DNA from: Nitrososphaeraceae archaeon
GTDB taxonomy: Archaea; Thermoproteota; Nitrososphaeria; Nitrososphaerales; Nitrososphaeraceae
DNA: 64,000 bases
Direction: 5' to 3'
Assembly (NCBI GenBank): GCA_035250975.1
Contig: DATFEP010000043.1
Location: 1 to 64,000 of the forward strand
In this document: positions 1 to 11,230 of the stretch, piece after piece
Position numbering within the stretch: the first letter of the stretch is position 1
Layout: every line of letters starts with the position of its first letter
Notes under the pieces: model-generated
What the model saw: the letters and a program-made list of their open reading frames with translations, nothing else
Database searches by the model: none
What the model was told of the DNA's origin: nothing
Program-made: the position numbers and the translations under genes

Positions 1-633
1 ACTTGGTCTCATTATCTATTATAATAATAAATAATAAAAAGCGATTTAAAGAATTATTGCAAGATACTTGCATAAAAAACGTGTGGTATTATTGTCAATA
101 GAATTTTATAGATAGAGAGATAGGTAGGTAGAGGGATAGAAGATGGATAGGTAGATGTTATATTCATGATTTTCGTCATACCTTAAATATTATATGTTCT
201 ACTATAGCAACAATTAACATTTTTTTGTTAATCATAAAGACCTAGACCTGAAAGCTTCGAGCTTGGCATCCCATTTTGTACATAATGGTGTAACAAAAAT
301 AATACGTTTAGGTATCTAGATTTATTCTTCAATAAAGATTTATAGAGCAAAAAAAATTTTAAAAAATACACCATTATTTCTTGTGAACTTTCTTATCATT
401 AAAACTAATACATTATTATATTGTTATCAAGTACTGACCTTTTATTTGTTCTGTCATTACTTCTAAATTCCTTACAGCTTCTTTACTATATATTTAATAT
501 ATTACAAAAATTGGATGTAAAAACATTATAAAAAATAATTATTCATGATACTGATCAAAATGTATCGTTTCGTAAAGAAAAAATGAATGAGTTTTAAATT
601 TATCTTATCTACTCATATATTTTTTAGATCTAA

Positions 634-861
634 TTATTCTCCTTCTTGTGCAGCCATTCCTATAGCTTCTTCTGCTAATTGAAGCTGGTTGAGCACCTCT
701 TCTGTATCTCCTTTTTCAAGAGCTGTTTTTGCATTTTTTAGATGTTCTGATACGAATGCTGTAGGGCAACCCGTGGCAAAGCTTTGTTGAACAGACACGA
801 TGGACACTCCTAAAATTATTCCTAACAGACAGAAGTTTATAATATTTTTGGCATTTATCAT
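634..861 (-). CDS. small secreted helical protein
   Basis: 75-aa ORF with signal peptide and HLKNAKTALEKGD..QLQLAEEAI helical hairpin; TATA-like TTAATATA about 25 nt upstream. Confidence 0.7.
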   Translation of the reverse strand: MINAKNIINFCLLGIILGVSIVSVQQSFATGCPTAFVSEHLKNAKTALEKGDTEEVLNQLQLAEEAIGMAAQEGE

Positions 862-882
862 TACTTAGTTTTGTTTTTTCTC

Positions 883-916
883 AGTATATTAATGTTATAG
901 TAATTTAGTTATAATA
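883..916 (-). promoter_or_regulatory. 34-bp promoter/operator motif, copy 1
   Basis: AGTATATTAATGTTATAGTAATTTAGTTATAATA, 32/34 identical to 1743-1776; 22 nt upstream of ATG at 861. Confidence 0.7.
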
Positions 917-1229
917 TTTATTTTTGTGAAAAAGCTAAATATTTTCCTTGGAATAATGATTTATTAATATCATATAATAATACAACATTTATCTGCAATC
1001 CGGACTATTGTTTTCTAAAAAATTTAATTTCCTTTAAATCACTTTGCGAAAATTACATAAACTATGTATTTCACATGTGACTATTACTACGAATACAATT
1101 GAGTAATAACATACATAATATAATATATTTTCTATAATATAAGAATTTGGAAATTTAAGTCCTCAAAAGAATCATTTAAAAATAGTAGAAATATATGTAG
1201 AAATTACAACAGCCCGCTAATTAATAGAC

Positions 1230-1721
1230 TTATCGTTTTGGTGTAATAGATTCCTCTTTCTGACTTTTTACGTGATATACACTTTGTAACATCATTGCTA
1301 ATGGTATTACGAATGCTTGTTGTGCTATCTTTGTTATAACATCTCTATAATCTATGGCATATTCCTTGATCACCAAATCTGTACCGGGTATTGGGATTCC
1401 TGTCATTGTTCTAAAATAGTAAACAATCAGTATTGCCACAGTACCTATCAAAAGTACATAATATGGTATTTCATTATTTGGTTTAATAAATATGAAAATT
1501 GTAGTAACAACATAACCTATTGCTATTAACGCAAAGAATATACCTTCTGAAAGTTGTCTTGTACTTTTATTTACCATTCCCTGTTCTGAAGACTTTGCAG
1601 ATTCCTGAAATTCAAGTAATGAATGTTCGAAATATACTATGACGTTGGGAATCATTAACCCAACAAATATTATTGATAATATTTTTATTTGTTTATTATT
1701 CTTGAGTATTGATATTGTCAC
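1230..1721 (-). CDS. membrane protein (about 4 TM); probable start GTG at 1721
   Basis: hydrophobic segments; in-frame GTG lies 22 nt from the shared promoter motif, the same spacing as the neighbouring gene. Confidence 0.7.
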   Translation of the reverse strand: MTISILKNNKQIKILSIIFVGLMIPNVIVYFEHSLLEFQESAKSSEQGMVNKSTRQLSEGIFFALIAIGYVVTTIFIFIKPNNEIPYYVLLIGTVAILIVYYFRTMTGIPIPGTDLVIKEYAIDYRDVITKIAQQAFVIPLAMMLQSVYHVKSQKEESITPKR

Positions 1722-1742
1722 ATATTGCCTGAGAGGAAACAT

Positions 1743-1776
1743 AGTATATTAATGTTAGAGTAATTGAGTTATAATA
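1743..1776 (-). promoter_or_regulatory. 34-bp promoter/operator motif, copy 2
   Basis: AGTATATTAATGTTAGAGTAATTGAGTTATAATA, near-identical to 883-916. Confidence 0.7.
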
Positions 1777-2188
1777 GTATTTAATAACATGATATATTTA
1801 CAGCAAGAATCTATAAAAAAATACAGGAAGTTTTGTTAGTTTGATACAATTATAAAATTTGTCTATAACAATATTACATTATTTTGAGAAATTAGATATA
1901 ATTTTTTATGAAAACTGAGATTTTCTTCAAAATATCTTTATTTATACCAAATAAAATATTAATAATATCAAAAAATTACGCAAATTAATGCAATTAAACA
2001 GCTAGATCTGGGAACAATATCTTGCATAGTAGATAAATTAGAACAAAATTGATATATTAAATCAATTGATACATATAATGAAAACATTTTATATATATAC
2101 CATTAAAGAAAAAGTGTTTGAAGCTTATTTAAAATTGCATAATACATTTGTGTCTATAGTTAGAAACATAAATTACAAAAAGAATAGA

Positions 2189-3079
2189 TTAAGCTAACAC
2201 CTTGTTTAAATTTTCCAAATTACAGTCTGTATTATCAGACTTTTCTATAAAAATTAGACTATCGCTAATAGTTTTATCCTTAATTTTACTCACCAGATTG
2301 TAACTTTCCTGAGAAATACTTCTTCCAATCATCATAGCCAACCCAATTTTATTTCCCTGTTTCCTATACTCTTGCAATGATGTTATAAAACTTTGAGTAA
2401 TATCTTTATTAATAACACTTTCTGTAATTTTGACTAAAATACTGCCATAGTCTTGAATAGTACTTTTTAACGAATTTGCATCTATAGGTTTTACTGTTGA
2501 TTTATCGATTAGAATATCAAAGGTGGTTTCATCAATGCTAACATCATAAAATTCGCTATGATCTGACTTTGAAAGATAATCTTGCAATGGGGTCGCGATT
2601 TGTTCAATAGTTTCTGATAATGCGACTAAAACTTCTTCTTTACTCTTATTGTTGATTGAAAGAATTATGCCAGTACGAATCGCATTTTTATCAAACAGAT
2701 TTGACCATCTTTCTAATATTTTTTGTGATCTAAATACCGGCCTTATCATGAAAACAGTAAATAAAATAAGAAATACTGATACACCAATTATCATTGCATC
2801 AATTGTTTCATCAGATACAGATAAAATGTTGGTAAATCCCAAATCCATTAGTAAATCAAAAATTGTCATAGATGCAATTAAAATGAGAATAAGTACAACA
2901 AATGAAATATTTTTTTTAAATGATTTAATTAATTGTGATGCCTCATAACTATATTGTGTAAGCAATATAGAGTTAGAATTTGTACTATCATCAATTTTAC
3001 CCATTTTTGAACTCTTATCTTCCAATGCAGACAATAATCTCAGAACATCTGAATATATAAATAATGATATAAATATCAT
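2189..3079 (-). CDS. hypothetical protein, two N-terminal TM helices plus soluble alpha/beta domain
   Basis: 296-aa ORF; start may be a downstream Met. Confidence 0.7.
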   Translation of the reverse strand: MIFISLFIYSDVLRLLSALEDKSSKMGKIDDSTNSNSILLTQYSYEASQLIKSFKKNISFVVLILILIASMTIFDLLMDLGFTNILSVSDETIDAMIIGVSVFLILFTVFMIRPVFRSQKILERWSNLFDKNAIRTGIILSINNKSKEEVLVALSETIEQIATPLQDYLSKSDHSEFYDVSIDETTFDILIDKSTVKPIDANSLKSTIQDYGSILVKITESVINKDITQSFITSLQEYRKQGNKIGLAMMIGRSISQESYNLVSKIKDKTISDSLIFIEKSDNTDCNLENLNKVLA

Positions 3080-3559
3080 ATATAATAATTCTAGTGTGAA
3101 TAAACAATATAATTTGATTTCAAGAAAATAAAATCATTTAATTTAATTTAATTTTTAAAAAACTACAATGAAGTATGACCTAGCATACTCTTACCTAAAT
3201 CCGCAAAAGAGCTTTGCTAATATTACAAATTTATCTTAATTTAAAGTAAAGGTCGATTATTTCCGGGATAATATTGTGCTTACATTATTAGATATTAATG
3301 TGTTATGACTAAAAATATGAGGATTTGTTTATAGTAATATTTCTATTTTTTACGAACTTATCTTATTTGGTATAGATAACATCTTTAATTGAGATATCTA
3401 AGAATAAGAATTGCTAACAATATAAGATAAAATTTGTTTTTGTGATACTATTGAGATACTATTGTCTTAAGTTTTTTTAAATTCAAAATATGGTAATGAA
3501 ATAACGAAATCATAAATTACTTTGGTATTATCTTTCTTTGACTAATGTCTTTACAAAGA

Positions 3560-4900
3560 TTATATTACTATAGAAATATTTGCAAGGAATATTTCATGAT
3601 TCCCAGGAGTATAATCTTCCCAAATTATATAGATATTGTTATCAGAAATAGCGATAGATGGACATTCAGAAATACCAGGATTGTTACTTAAATTAAATAT
3701 TTTTGTATGATCATTATCTTTTTGATCATCTACTAGTAGTATGATATCCTCATTTTGGTTAGAAAATGAATTTTGCCAAACTATATACGAAAAATTTTTA
3801 TTAGCCACTTCTACATTCAGAGGATTCTTAATAATACCATTCAATTCAGTATAATCATTTGTATCACTAGATCTAATAGTTTTTTCAGAAATTGTTTTTG
3901 CATTCGTAAATATTTGACCATTATCGTCACTTTTAACATAATAAATATTCTCAATATTCTTTGATAGAAATCCGCCCCAAATCACTAACACTTCATTTTT
4001 ATAAACTGCTATTTGTGATTCTCCAAAATTACTATCATTATTTAATTTAATAATTCTCTGAAAATTATTTCCTTTATCAAAACTTTTTACAAAAAATAAT
4101 CCACTGTTTTTTTTGTTTTCATTGTTCCATACTATATAAATATAATTGTCATATGAATTGATTTTAGGAAATGCATCATTAGTATTGTTTATCAATTCTA
4201 TTGAACTGTTAAATGTATTTCCGGTATTGTTGCTACTTTTAAACATAATACTGCCGTTTGTATTATTATTATTGCTTTTGTCTGTATCTTGCCACACAAC
4301 GTATACATTTTCATTAAAAGCAGAAATTTCTTGATTGTATGAATCTTTTGAATTATTGCTAAGATTAATTGGTTTACTAAATGTTTTTCCTTTATCTTGA
4401 CTTTTTATAAACATAATTTCTTTATTATTAGGATTGGTAGTGTCTGCCCACACTATAAATATTCCATTTTTAGATACAGCAATCTGAGGACGTTCTGAAA
4501 ACTCTGTATTGTTGCTAAGATTAATTGGTTTACTAAATGTTTTTCCTTTATCTTGACTTTTTATAAAAAATATATCATAATTATGATAAGGTAAACTTTT
4601 AGTAACAGATTCTTGCCATACAACATATATATTATTTTCAAAGGCTCCTATCTGTCCATATATTGAATCTTCATTATTGTTTGTTAAATTAGTTATAGTT
4701 GAATGAGGGAAATTAACTATTGTTGAATCATTATTTTGAAAAAAGCCGCTAGCATTTTTTGTTTCATCAATTCCATTAATCTCATAGTCATAAAGTAATG
4801 AGCTAATAAAAAAAATAATCAAAATATAACTCGAATTTGTTAAAATATTATTATTTGGAAATATATTGAGAATTTTAAGGTGTAACAAAGATTTAGTCAT
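3560..4900 (-). CDS. secreted BNR/Asp-box (sialidase-like) beta-propeller protein
   Basis: repeated SxDxGxTF Asp-boxes and IYVVW strands, N-terminal hydrophobic segment. Confidence 0.85.
   Translation of the reverse strand: MTKSLLHLKILNIFPNNNILTNSSYILIIFFISSLLYDYEINGIDETKNASGFFQNNDSTIVNFPHSTITNLTNNNEDSIYGQIGAFENNIYVVWQESVTKSLPYHNYDIFFIKSQDKGKTFSKPINLSNNTEFSERPQIAVSKNGIFIVWADTTNPNNKEIMFIKSQDKGKTFSKPINLSNNSKDSYNQEISAFNENVYVVWQDTDKSNNNNTNGSIMFKSSNNTGNTFNSSIELINNTNDAFPKINSYDNYIYIVWNNENKKNSGLFFVKSFDKGNNFQRIIKLNNDSNFGESQIAVYKNEVLVIWGGFLSKNIENIYYVKSDDNGQIFTNAKTISEKTIRSSDTNDYTELNGIIKNPLNVEVANKNFSYIVWQNSFSNQNEDIILLVDDQKDNDHTKIFNLSNNPGISECPSIAISDNNIYIIWEDYTPGNHEIFLANISIVI
4356..4567. repeat. identical 56-bp intragenic direct repeat (4356-4411 and 4512-4567)
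   Basis: TTGCTAAGATTAATTGG...CTTTTTATAAA occurs twice, 156 bp apart. Confidence 0.9.
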
Positions 4901-5093
4901 TATTAATTATTAATTGTAGTCAAATGTATTTCAATGTATCGTAATTTAGAATCATTTTTCAGATTAAATATATTAATCATTTGTATAAGAAAAATCTTAA
5001 TATAAAAAAGTAAGTAATGTGTCCATTTTACCACTGGAAGTAGGTTTTTATGATAATTATTTACATTTATAAGGATAAGAGAAGAATTAATTA

Positions 5094-6038
5094 TTATCCT
5101 TCTTTCAGACTCATATATATATTTTTTACAAGATCTTTTGGTTTTATAAAGCTATGATCATAATAAGTAGTGTCATATTTTGATGTTGGTTTAGTTTGCA
5201 TTATTTCAGTAAGTGATTTATCTTCTTCTATCATTTGATTTATGTGGTTACGGATATCTATTACCATATCCAAATAATCTTTTACTTTAGTTTGATTAGA
5301 TATTCCAGAATGGCCTCCAACTACTTTTGTTTCTTCATTTATAAGTAAAAGTATTTTTTGTAATGATAAAATAAGCCCATCAACTGAACCTCCACTTGAC
5401 AAGTCCATAAATGGATAAGATCTATCACTGAAATCATCTCCAATATAAATTACATTTTTATTTGTAAAAAAAACTGCTGAATCACCATCTGTGTGGCCAC
5501 TATTTAAATGAGTGATTTTAATCTCTTCATGATTTTGGTGAAAAGTCATATTTTCAGAAAATGTTATAATTGGTAATCCTTTTTCAGATAATGCCGGAAT
5601 AGTTTGGTTAATGAATTCAAAGGGTTGGTTACTACTAAGACGTTTCCTAACACTATCATGTGAAACTATTATTGCTCCTTCTTCTCCAAGTTTTTCATTG
5701 CCTCCTGTATGATCAGGATGCAGATGACTGTTGATTACAAACTTTATTGGTTTGTCAGTCAGGTTAGCAATTACTGACTTTATTCTTTCGGTAACTGGGG
5801 CATACTGATCATCAACAAGAATTACTCCATCATCTCCAATAGAAAGAATTACATTTCCCCCGGAGCCATGAATCACATACATATCATTAGATAATTTAGT
5901 AGTATCAATTTCTAGATGCGAAGCATATATTACATTTAAATTTGAAAAAGATAGAAATGCAATCAAGGTTCCAAAAATTATCAACAATGAATATAAAGTT
6001 AGTTTATATCTTCCTGTTTTTATAAAAAATAAATTCAT
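5094..6038 (-). CDS. secreted MBL-fold metallo-hydrolase (cyclase-like)
   Basis: SHLHPDHTGGN and GHTDGD motifs; likely start ATG 6038 before a signal/TM segment. Confidence 0.85.
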   Translation of the reverse strand: MNLFFIKTGRYKLTLYSLLIIFGTLIAFLSFSNLNVIYASHLEIDTTKLSNDMYVIHGSGGNVILSIGDDGVILVDDQYAPVTERIKSVIANLTDKPIKFVINSHLHPDHTGGNEKLGEEGAIIVSHDSVRKRLSSNQPFEFINQTIPALSEKGLPIITFSENMTFHQNHEEIKITHLNSGHTDGDSAVFFTNKNVIYIGDDFSDRSYPFMDLSSGGSVDGLILSLQKILLLINEETKVVGGHSGISNQTKVKDYLDMVIDIRNHINQMIEEDKSLTEIMQTKPTSKYDTTYYDHSFIKPKDLVKNIYMSLKEG

Positions 6039-6141
6039 TAGTTTCGTTGATATCAATTCAGTTAATGCTAAATTTAAATATTCATTTAATAGGATTAACA
6101 AGAAAAAGATCGCCCTGTTTCTTATTTTTTTATAATCTTGT

Positions 6142-7109
6142 TTATGGTGTATTTGTATCTGATGTTCTTACAGTATATTTACTTGCATTTGTTGCCGGAA
6201 CAGTTGTGTCAATATGGCTCTGTAGAAAACATCTAACAATAACCAACAGATTTACCATTCTGTGAGCATTATATGCTATACACCTAAAGACTAGTTCTCT
6301 ATTCTGCATTCTTACAAGTGTGGATGTGATATGTTCTCCAAACAATCTCTTTATGACCGATACAATAGTTCATCTTTGTTTCTTTGATTGTATAGAATCT
6401 TGTTGTATCCATGTTTCATCTCTTTTCTGTATTTACCACGAGTTTTCCATACCGGTACATTCTCATATCTTGGTGGTATAACACTGAATCCATGTAGTTT
6501 GTCTCTTACAAGCACATGATTGTCTTCACTATCATATGCTTTATCTGCAACAACTATAGATAATGATTTTATTTTTGATATTTTTGTAACAATCGGTTGG
6601 AAATCTATATTGTCATGTCTTGTTGGTGCTCGTCTTATCTTTATAGAACAGATGATCTGTTGTAAGACATCTCCGCCAATAGATAGTTTCGCGTATTTCT
6701 TCCTTCTCGATTTAGATGTATTTGTATAGTATTCTGATGCATGTGTTATTTTGAATCCAGTTGCATCTATTCCAGCAAATATGTATCTTGTATGTGTAAA
6801 GAGGATGAATGATGAGATTATCTTGCCAAGCACCATGACGTTGATTCTATCTGTAAATTTCTGTAATGTTGTATAATGCGGTATTTTAGACAACTGGAGA
6901 AACAACCTCAAATAGTATGCTTCAACCAACCAATCTGTAAACATTCTGTAACTCTTGCCTTCATACTGTCTTATTGTAACTAAAACTATATGTTGCCATA
7001 CTGTGTAGATGTGATTACTCTTTCTATGCAAAAATAATGGAATACGACAATGTTTAATGATACGTAATAATTGGTCTGCTAATCTAACGTATTTGGACTG
7101 TTTGCTCAA
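6142..7109 (-). pseudogene. DDE transposase, frameshifted near 6369
   Basis: IDATG and ADKAYDSE motifs; adding one A at GATGAA(A)CT joins ORF 6351-7109 to the 6142-6345 frame (QRNKDETIVSVIKRLFG...CIAYN). Confidence 0.85.
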
Positions 7110-7155
7110 TATTGTAATATAGAAGGGAGTTAGCTATGATCGTTTCTACAGAGCC
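6216..7155 (-). mobile_element. IS5-family (ISH1-like) insertion sequence, 940 bp
   Basis: 13-bp terminal inverted repeats GGCTCTGTAGAAA / TTTCTACAGAGCC; 8-bp target duplication GTCAATAT at 6208-6215 and 7156-7163. Confidence 0.92.
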
Positions 7156-8159
7156 GTCAATATATATCATTTCTACAAACATTTTCGAACTTTAATTTTT
7201 TTATCTTGTCTAAACATTGTTGGACGGAATATCCTTGACTATTATTTTCACCAGCAAATATAGTTATTACATCTAGACTGATGGTCCAAGAATGAAATGC
7301 TATTGGAACTGTGACTTGGTTAGGTTATTTTAAATTTCACACAAAATGATAATCCTTGTTGAGCTTTCAATTTTCATTATCGGTCATGGAAACATAATTT
7401 GAGAATATGTTATCCTAAACGAAATTCTTATTCTTCATATTTCGTAATAATTTAATAAATTTTGTTAAACAATTTATGTTGTTATCAATATATATTATTA
7501 TATCATTAATTTTTTTACTTTTATATATTTCAATTTTAATAATCATTATTATAAATATAAAATATGGCTATATATTGCACATTGAAAAGATAATAGAACG
7601 TAATAAGCAGATAAGATGACAAACAATATATCATTTCAAATTAAAAGCTATAAAATATTTGAGCACGATACCAAATTATCATTTTATGAATTTTTTTATC
7701 CATGTTATCATAAAATAATTGAGAATCGTTTTTATTTAGCAAATTGTCGATTATTTGAAGGGTTATAAAATCTTTTATTATCATAATTATCAGTATAATC
7801 ATCGATATCTTATCAAAGCTCAACAGGATCGAAATTCATCCATCTAATACTCTCTCAAGTTGTATGAAATGAAAATATATCATTCAATAGATCCTCCACA
7901 GCCAACTTATTTATGTTAGTACTTCAATTAAAGTTCTTTAAAAATATACAATATTATTTTTATTTTCATTTGAAATTCGTGGCAAATTCTCATTGCAGTT
8001 ATCATAGAATTAAAATTATAGAAGTATAACACATAAAAATCAATAGACAGAATAACAGTATTAGAATGATCAATAACATTAAACTGAACATAATGAGTAG
8101 AGCAATAACATATTATAATTTTTAGCATTCTAAATAAGTGTATTAAATATAAATGCAAT

Positions 8160-9209
8160 ATGCGCAACCCAGTCTTTACCGCCGTGTTATTATCAGTGCT
8201 TTTATTATCAGGGGTTATCGCCACATCAATGATCTCATTTATTGATGCAGAGGCATCCTCAGATAGGAAAGAAAAAAAGAAAGAAAAAGATAAAAAAGAT
8301 TATTATGAGAACTATGATGAAATCAAAGATGTTTATGAATCCGCAGATCATGATTCCTACAAAATACCTATGGCAGATCAATATTCTGATAGTTATCAAA
8401 TGAATGACTATACTGCAGAAGCAGATCAATATTCTGATAGTTATCAAACAGATAGATATGTTTCTGAAAAAGATAATCAAGAAAAATATAAAGCTGACGA
8501 CAAAGGAGACTATAAAAATAACGACAAAAAAGCAATTAAAAAAATCAAGATAATTGAATGTAAGAACTCCAATGTCAATGGAGATGAATTAGAAGATCTT
8601 GAAACCGTGGAAACAATGAAGGCTGAAAATCCCATTGTTAAACAATTGGAAAATAAACAATTAGGGAATCAAATGAATGAATATGATCAAATTAATGGAG
8701 GTGTTCATGAATTCTATATTGGTTCAGACACCAAGATAATATTCATATGCACTAATGAAAATTATAACTTAGATGCTAATAACAACATAGATACATTAAA
8801 GACCCCAAATACAGGTTCGACTACAATAGAAACTACAGAGAGTGGTGATAATGCAACAGCAACCGTTGATTCTAATGATAATACAGACACCATAAAGGAA
8901 ACAGAAACTACAGAGAGTGGTGATAATGCAATAATGCAACAAAAACAACAAGAACAACCAGTACAACAACAACAAGAACAAATACAACAACAACACCTAC
9001 AAAAACAACTAAAACAACAACAACTAAAACAACAACAAGAACAACAAAAAGATACTAGATTATTGAATTCTGGTAATGCAATAGCAACAGAGGATCCTGA
9101 CGATAGATTGGATTTAGGAACGAACGAGATGATTACCGGCCAAAATACTGACTCCTTATCACAGACGGATGTCGACACAACACCAAATTACCTTAATATT
9201 ATGAAATAA
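8160..9209 (+). CDS. secreted low-complexity (D/Y- and Q-rich) protein
   Basis: signal peptide, IECKNSNVNG...FICTNEN core, duplicated ADQYSDSYQ and ETTESGDNA, poly-Q tract. Confidence 0.8.
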   Translation: MRNPVFTAVLLSVLLLSGVIATSMISFIDAEASSDRKEKKKEKDKKDYYENYDEIKDVYESADHDSYKIPMADQYSDSYQMNDYTAEADQYSDSYQTDRYVSEKDNQEKYKADDKGDYKNNDKKAIKKIKIIECKNSNVNGDELEDLETVETMKAENPIVKQLENKQLGNQMNEYDQINGGVHEFYIGSDTKIIFICTNENYNLDANNNIDTLKTPNTGSTTIETTESGDNATATVDSNDNTDTIKETETTESGDNAIMQQKQQEQPVQQQQEQIQQQHLQKQLKQQQLKQQQEQQKDTRLLNSGNAIATEDPDDRLDLGTNEMITGQNTDSLSQTDVDTTPNYLNIMK

Positions 9210-9580
9210 CAGTGATAATCCTTAATTTGATTTAGTGATATTCAATTTTTATTTTTATGAAAGAAAAGTAAGTTATAAAATAATGAATTTCAAATAATTT
9301 CTTAATGTCATAATTTTTTTAGAGTGGTATAAAAAAAGATTTCATCAATATCATCATAAACTCAGAGAAAACACTCCCCGGTAAAAATATGACAATAGAC
9401 AACAAAAGTAATAATACCTTTTATAAAGAGATTTCGAAAATTTAAACAAATTAATTTTATTTTTTTTCTAGTATTAAAAATTGTATTAAAAATTTCTCTA
9501 ATAACCTATGATAAAATGTGCTAAAATAGATCAATTTTTTTAACATCAGAATTAGAATTTCAAATTAAATGATCCTACCT

Positions 9581-10408
9581 TTATCGTTTGATTAAATTAT
9601 AGAATTTTTCATCTGTAACTGCATAGAAAGACAGTCTGGTCTTCGCATCAAGATCAGAATCTAATTCTTTTCCGTCAATAGAGTACAATTTTCCACCTGC
9701 TTCCTTTGCTATTAGATATCCCGCAGCCATATCGGTGGATCGTATCTTTCCTCTAATATCTATATAAGCATCCATAAATCCTCTAGCAAAATAACATAGT
9801 TCAAGAGCATTGGCACCAAAATGTCTTATATGATTAGAACATGAAAGTATAGATAAAAGTTCTTTTAGTATATTTGATGGTATTCCAGAAATATTTGTAC
9901 CGATAACAGGATCAATAGATTTGAGGTCTTCTAGAGACTCAACCTTATTAAGATTTGTATTTCTTACTTTGATTTTTTTATTATTAAAATATGAACCTTT
10001 ATTCTTTGATGCTGAATATATATCACCAGTAAAGAGGTCTAGAACCACTGCATCAATTACAGAACTAAGTCTAAATTCGGTTGCATATGCCAAGGAACAA
10101 CAAAAAAAAGGAATACCGCGTGTTGCGTTAGTAGTTCCATCTACCGCATCCATTATCAAAAAGCCATTATTTTCGTTGGTATGATTTTTTTCATAAATTA
10201 GGCCACACTCTTCTCCTACTACAATGGGAAAAAAATCAGATTGTCTAATGGTTTTTAATACAACTTCTTCAGCGACTAAATCAATCTTTCTGGACATATC
10301 TCCCCCTGCACCAAGAGAAATTTTTAACGCTCCCTCGTCTGTTCCGACAAGATTTTTAACTTCCTGATATACATTTTTGGAAGCTTGGATTAATGTATCT
10401 AATATCAT
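9581..10408 (-). CDS. suhB: inositol monophosphatase / FBPase family protein
   Basis: GEE, DAVDGTTN and D.AAG motifs. Confidence 0.88.
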   Translation of the reverse strand: MILDTLIQASKNVYQEVKNLVGTDEGALKISLGAGGDMSRKIDLVAEEVVLKTIRQSDFFPIVVGEECGLIYEKNHTNENNGFLIMDAVDGTTNATRGIPFFCCSLAYATEFRLSSVIDAVVLDLFTGDIYSASKNKGSYFNNKKIKVRNTNLNKVESLEDLKSIDPVIGTNISGIPSNILKELLSILSCSNHIRHFGANALELCYFARGFMDAYIDIRGKIRSTDMAAGYLIAKEAGGKLYSIDGKELDSDLDAKTRLSFYAVTDEKFYNLIKR

Positions 10409-10744
10409 AAAAAATATTTATGAGATATATATTATAAATGATGTATCAATGTAAAATGATGGCAATCATTCAAACTAAAATAGAATGTAAATTCAATTTT
10501 TAAGCTGTTCTTGAATATTGCTCTTCCTTAATTTCATTATTTTATAAATAGCCATTTTTATACCCATATAGATACTATAAAGCGTTCTTGAGACCATAGT
10601 ATTACAATAGTGTCTTTTACTTTTAAACTTTAATGAAAAAAGAAGTTTTGAAAGGTTAGAATACTTTATACTTTATATAAAATATCTAAATCGATTTCTG
10701 GAAAATAGATTGTTTCGTTCCTTAATCAAAAATAAGATGGAAAC

Positions 10745-11086
10745 TCAAATAGGAAATTCAAAAGATGATTGGTCAAGCTCTAATATTGGAATATAGATAG
10801 ATTGAGTATCATTTCCAATATTATTAACAAATTCGAATTTTCCTGTCAATTGTCTTAGTTCAATAAATTTTCTTGATGGTTTTTCATCAATAATTACATA
10901 GTGAACGATTGTATTGACCGCCCCAGTTTCTATGAATAATAATTGCTTTTCTCTGTAATTAATGTGATAAAGCATAGGAATCATTCCTATAGGAGATTGG
11001 GCTGCAAATAAGATTACTTTGAGCATATCTTCAAGATCATTATATTTTAGATATGTGATAGAATTGTATTCTTGGTTTGATGACAT
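10745..11086 (-). CDS. conserved hypothetical archaeal protein
   Basis: 113-aa ORF with native codon usage and upstream TATA. Confidence 0.7.
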   Translation of the reverse strand: MSSNQEYNSITYLKYNDLEDMLKVILFAAQSPIGMIPMLYHINYREKQLLFIETGAVNTIVHYVIIDEKPSRKFIELRQLTGKFEFVNNIGNDTQSIYIPILELDQSSFEFPI

Positions 11087-11230
11087 GTAATAAATCTTAC
11101 ATCATATAAAACAATAACCTATAATACTCTTTTCTTTCTTTCTTCGATTCTTTACAGAAAGTTGGATTAGACTACTTAAATTTAGAATAGGTGTTGATAA
11201 ATATAACGGTATTTTAATAAATCTAAATCA

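Noticed and set aside
7641-8224. Short AT-rich ORFs 7641-7823 and 7928-8224
   Set aside because: No motifs, composition of random AT-rich DNA, overlap with the promoter/start of a real gene
8762-9178. Cys-rich minus-strand ORFs resembling metallothionein
   Set aside because: Antisense shadow of the CAA/poly-Q tract of the + strand gene
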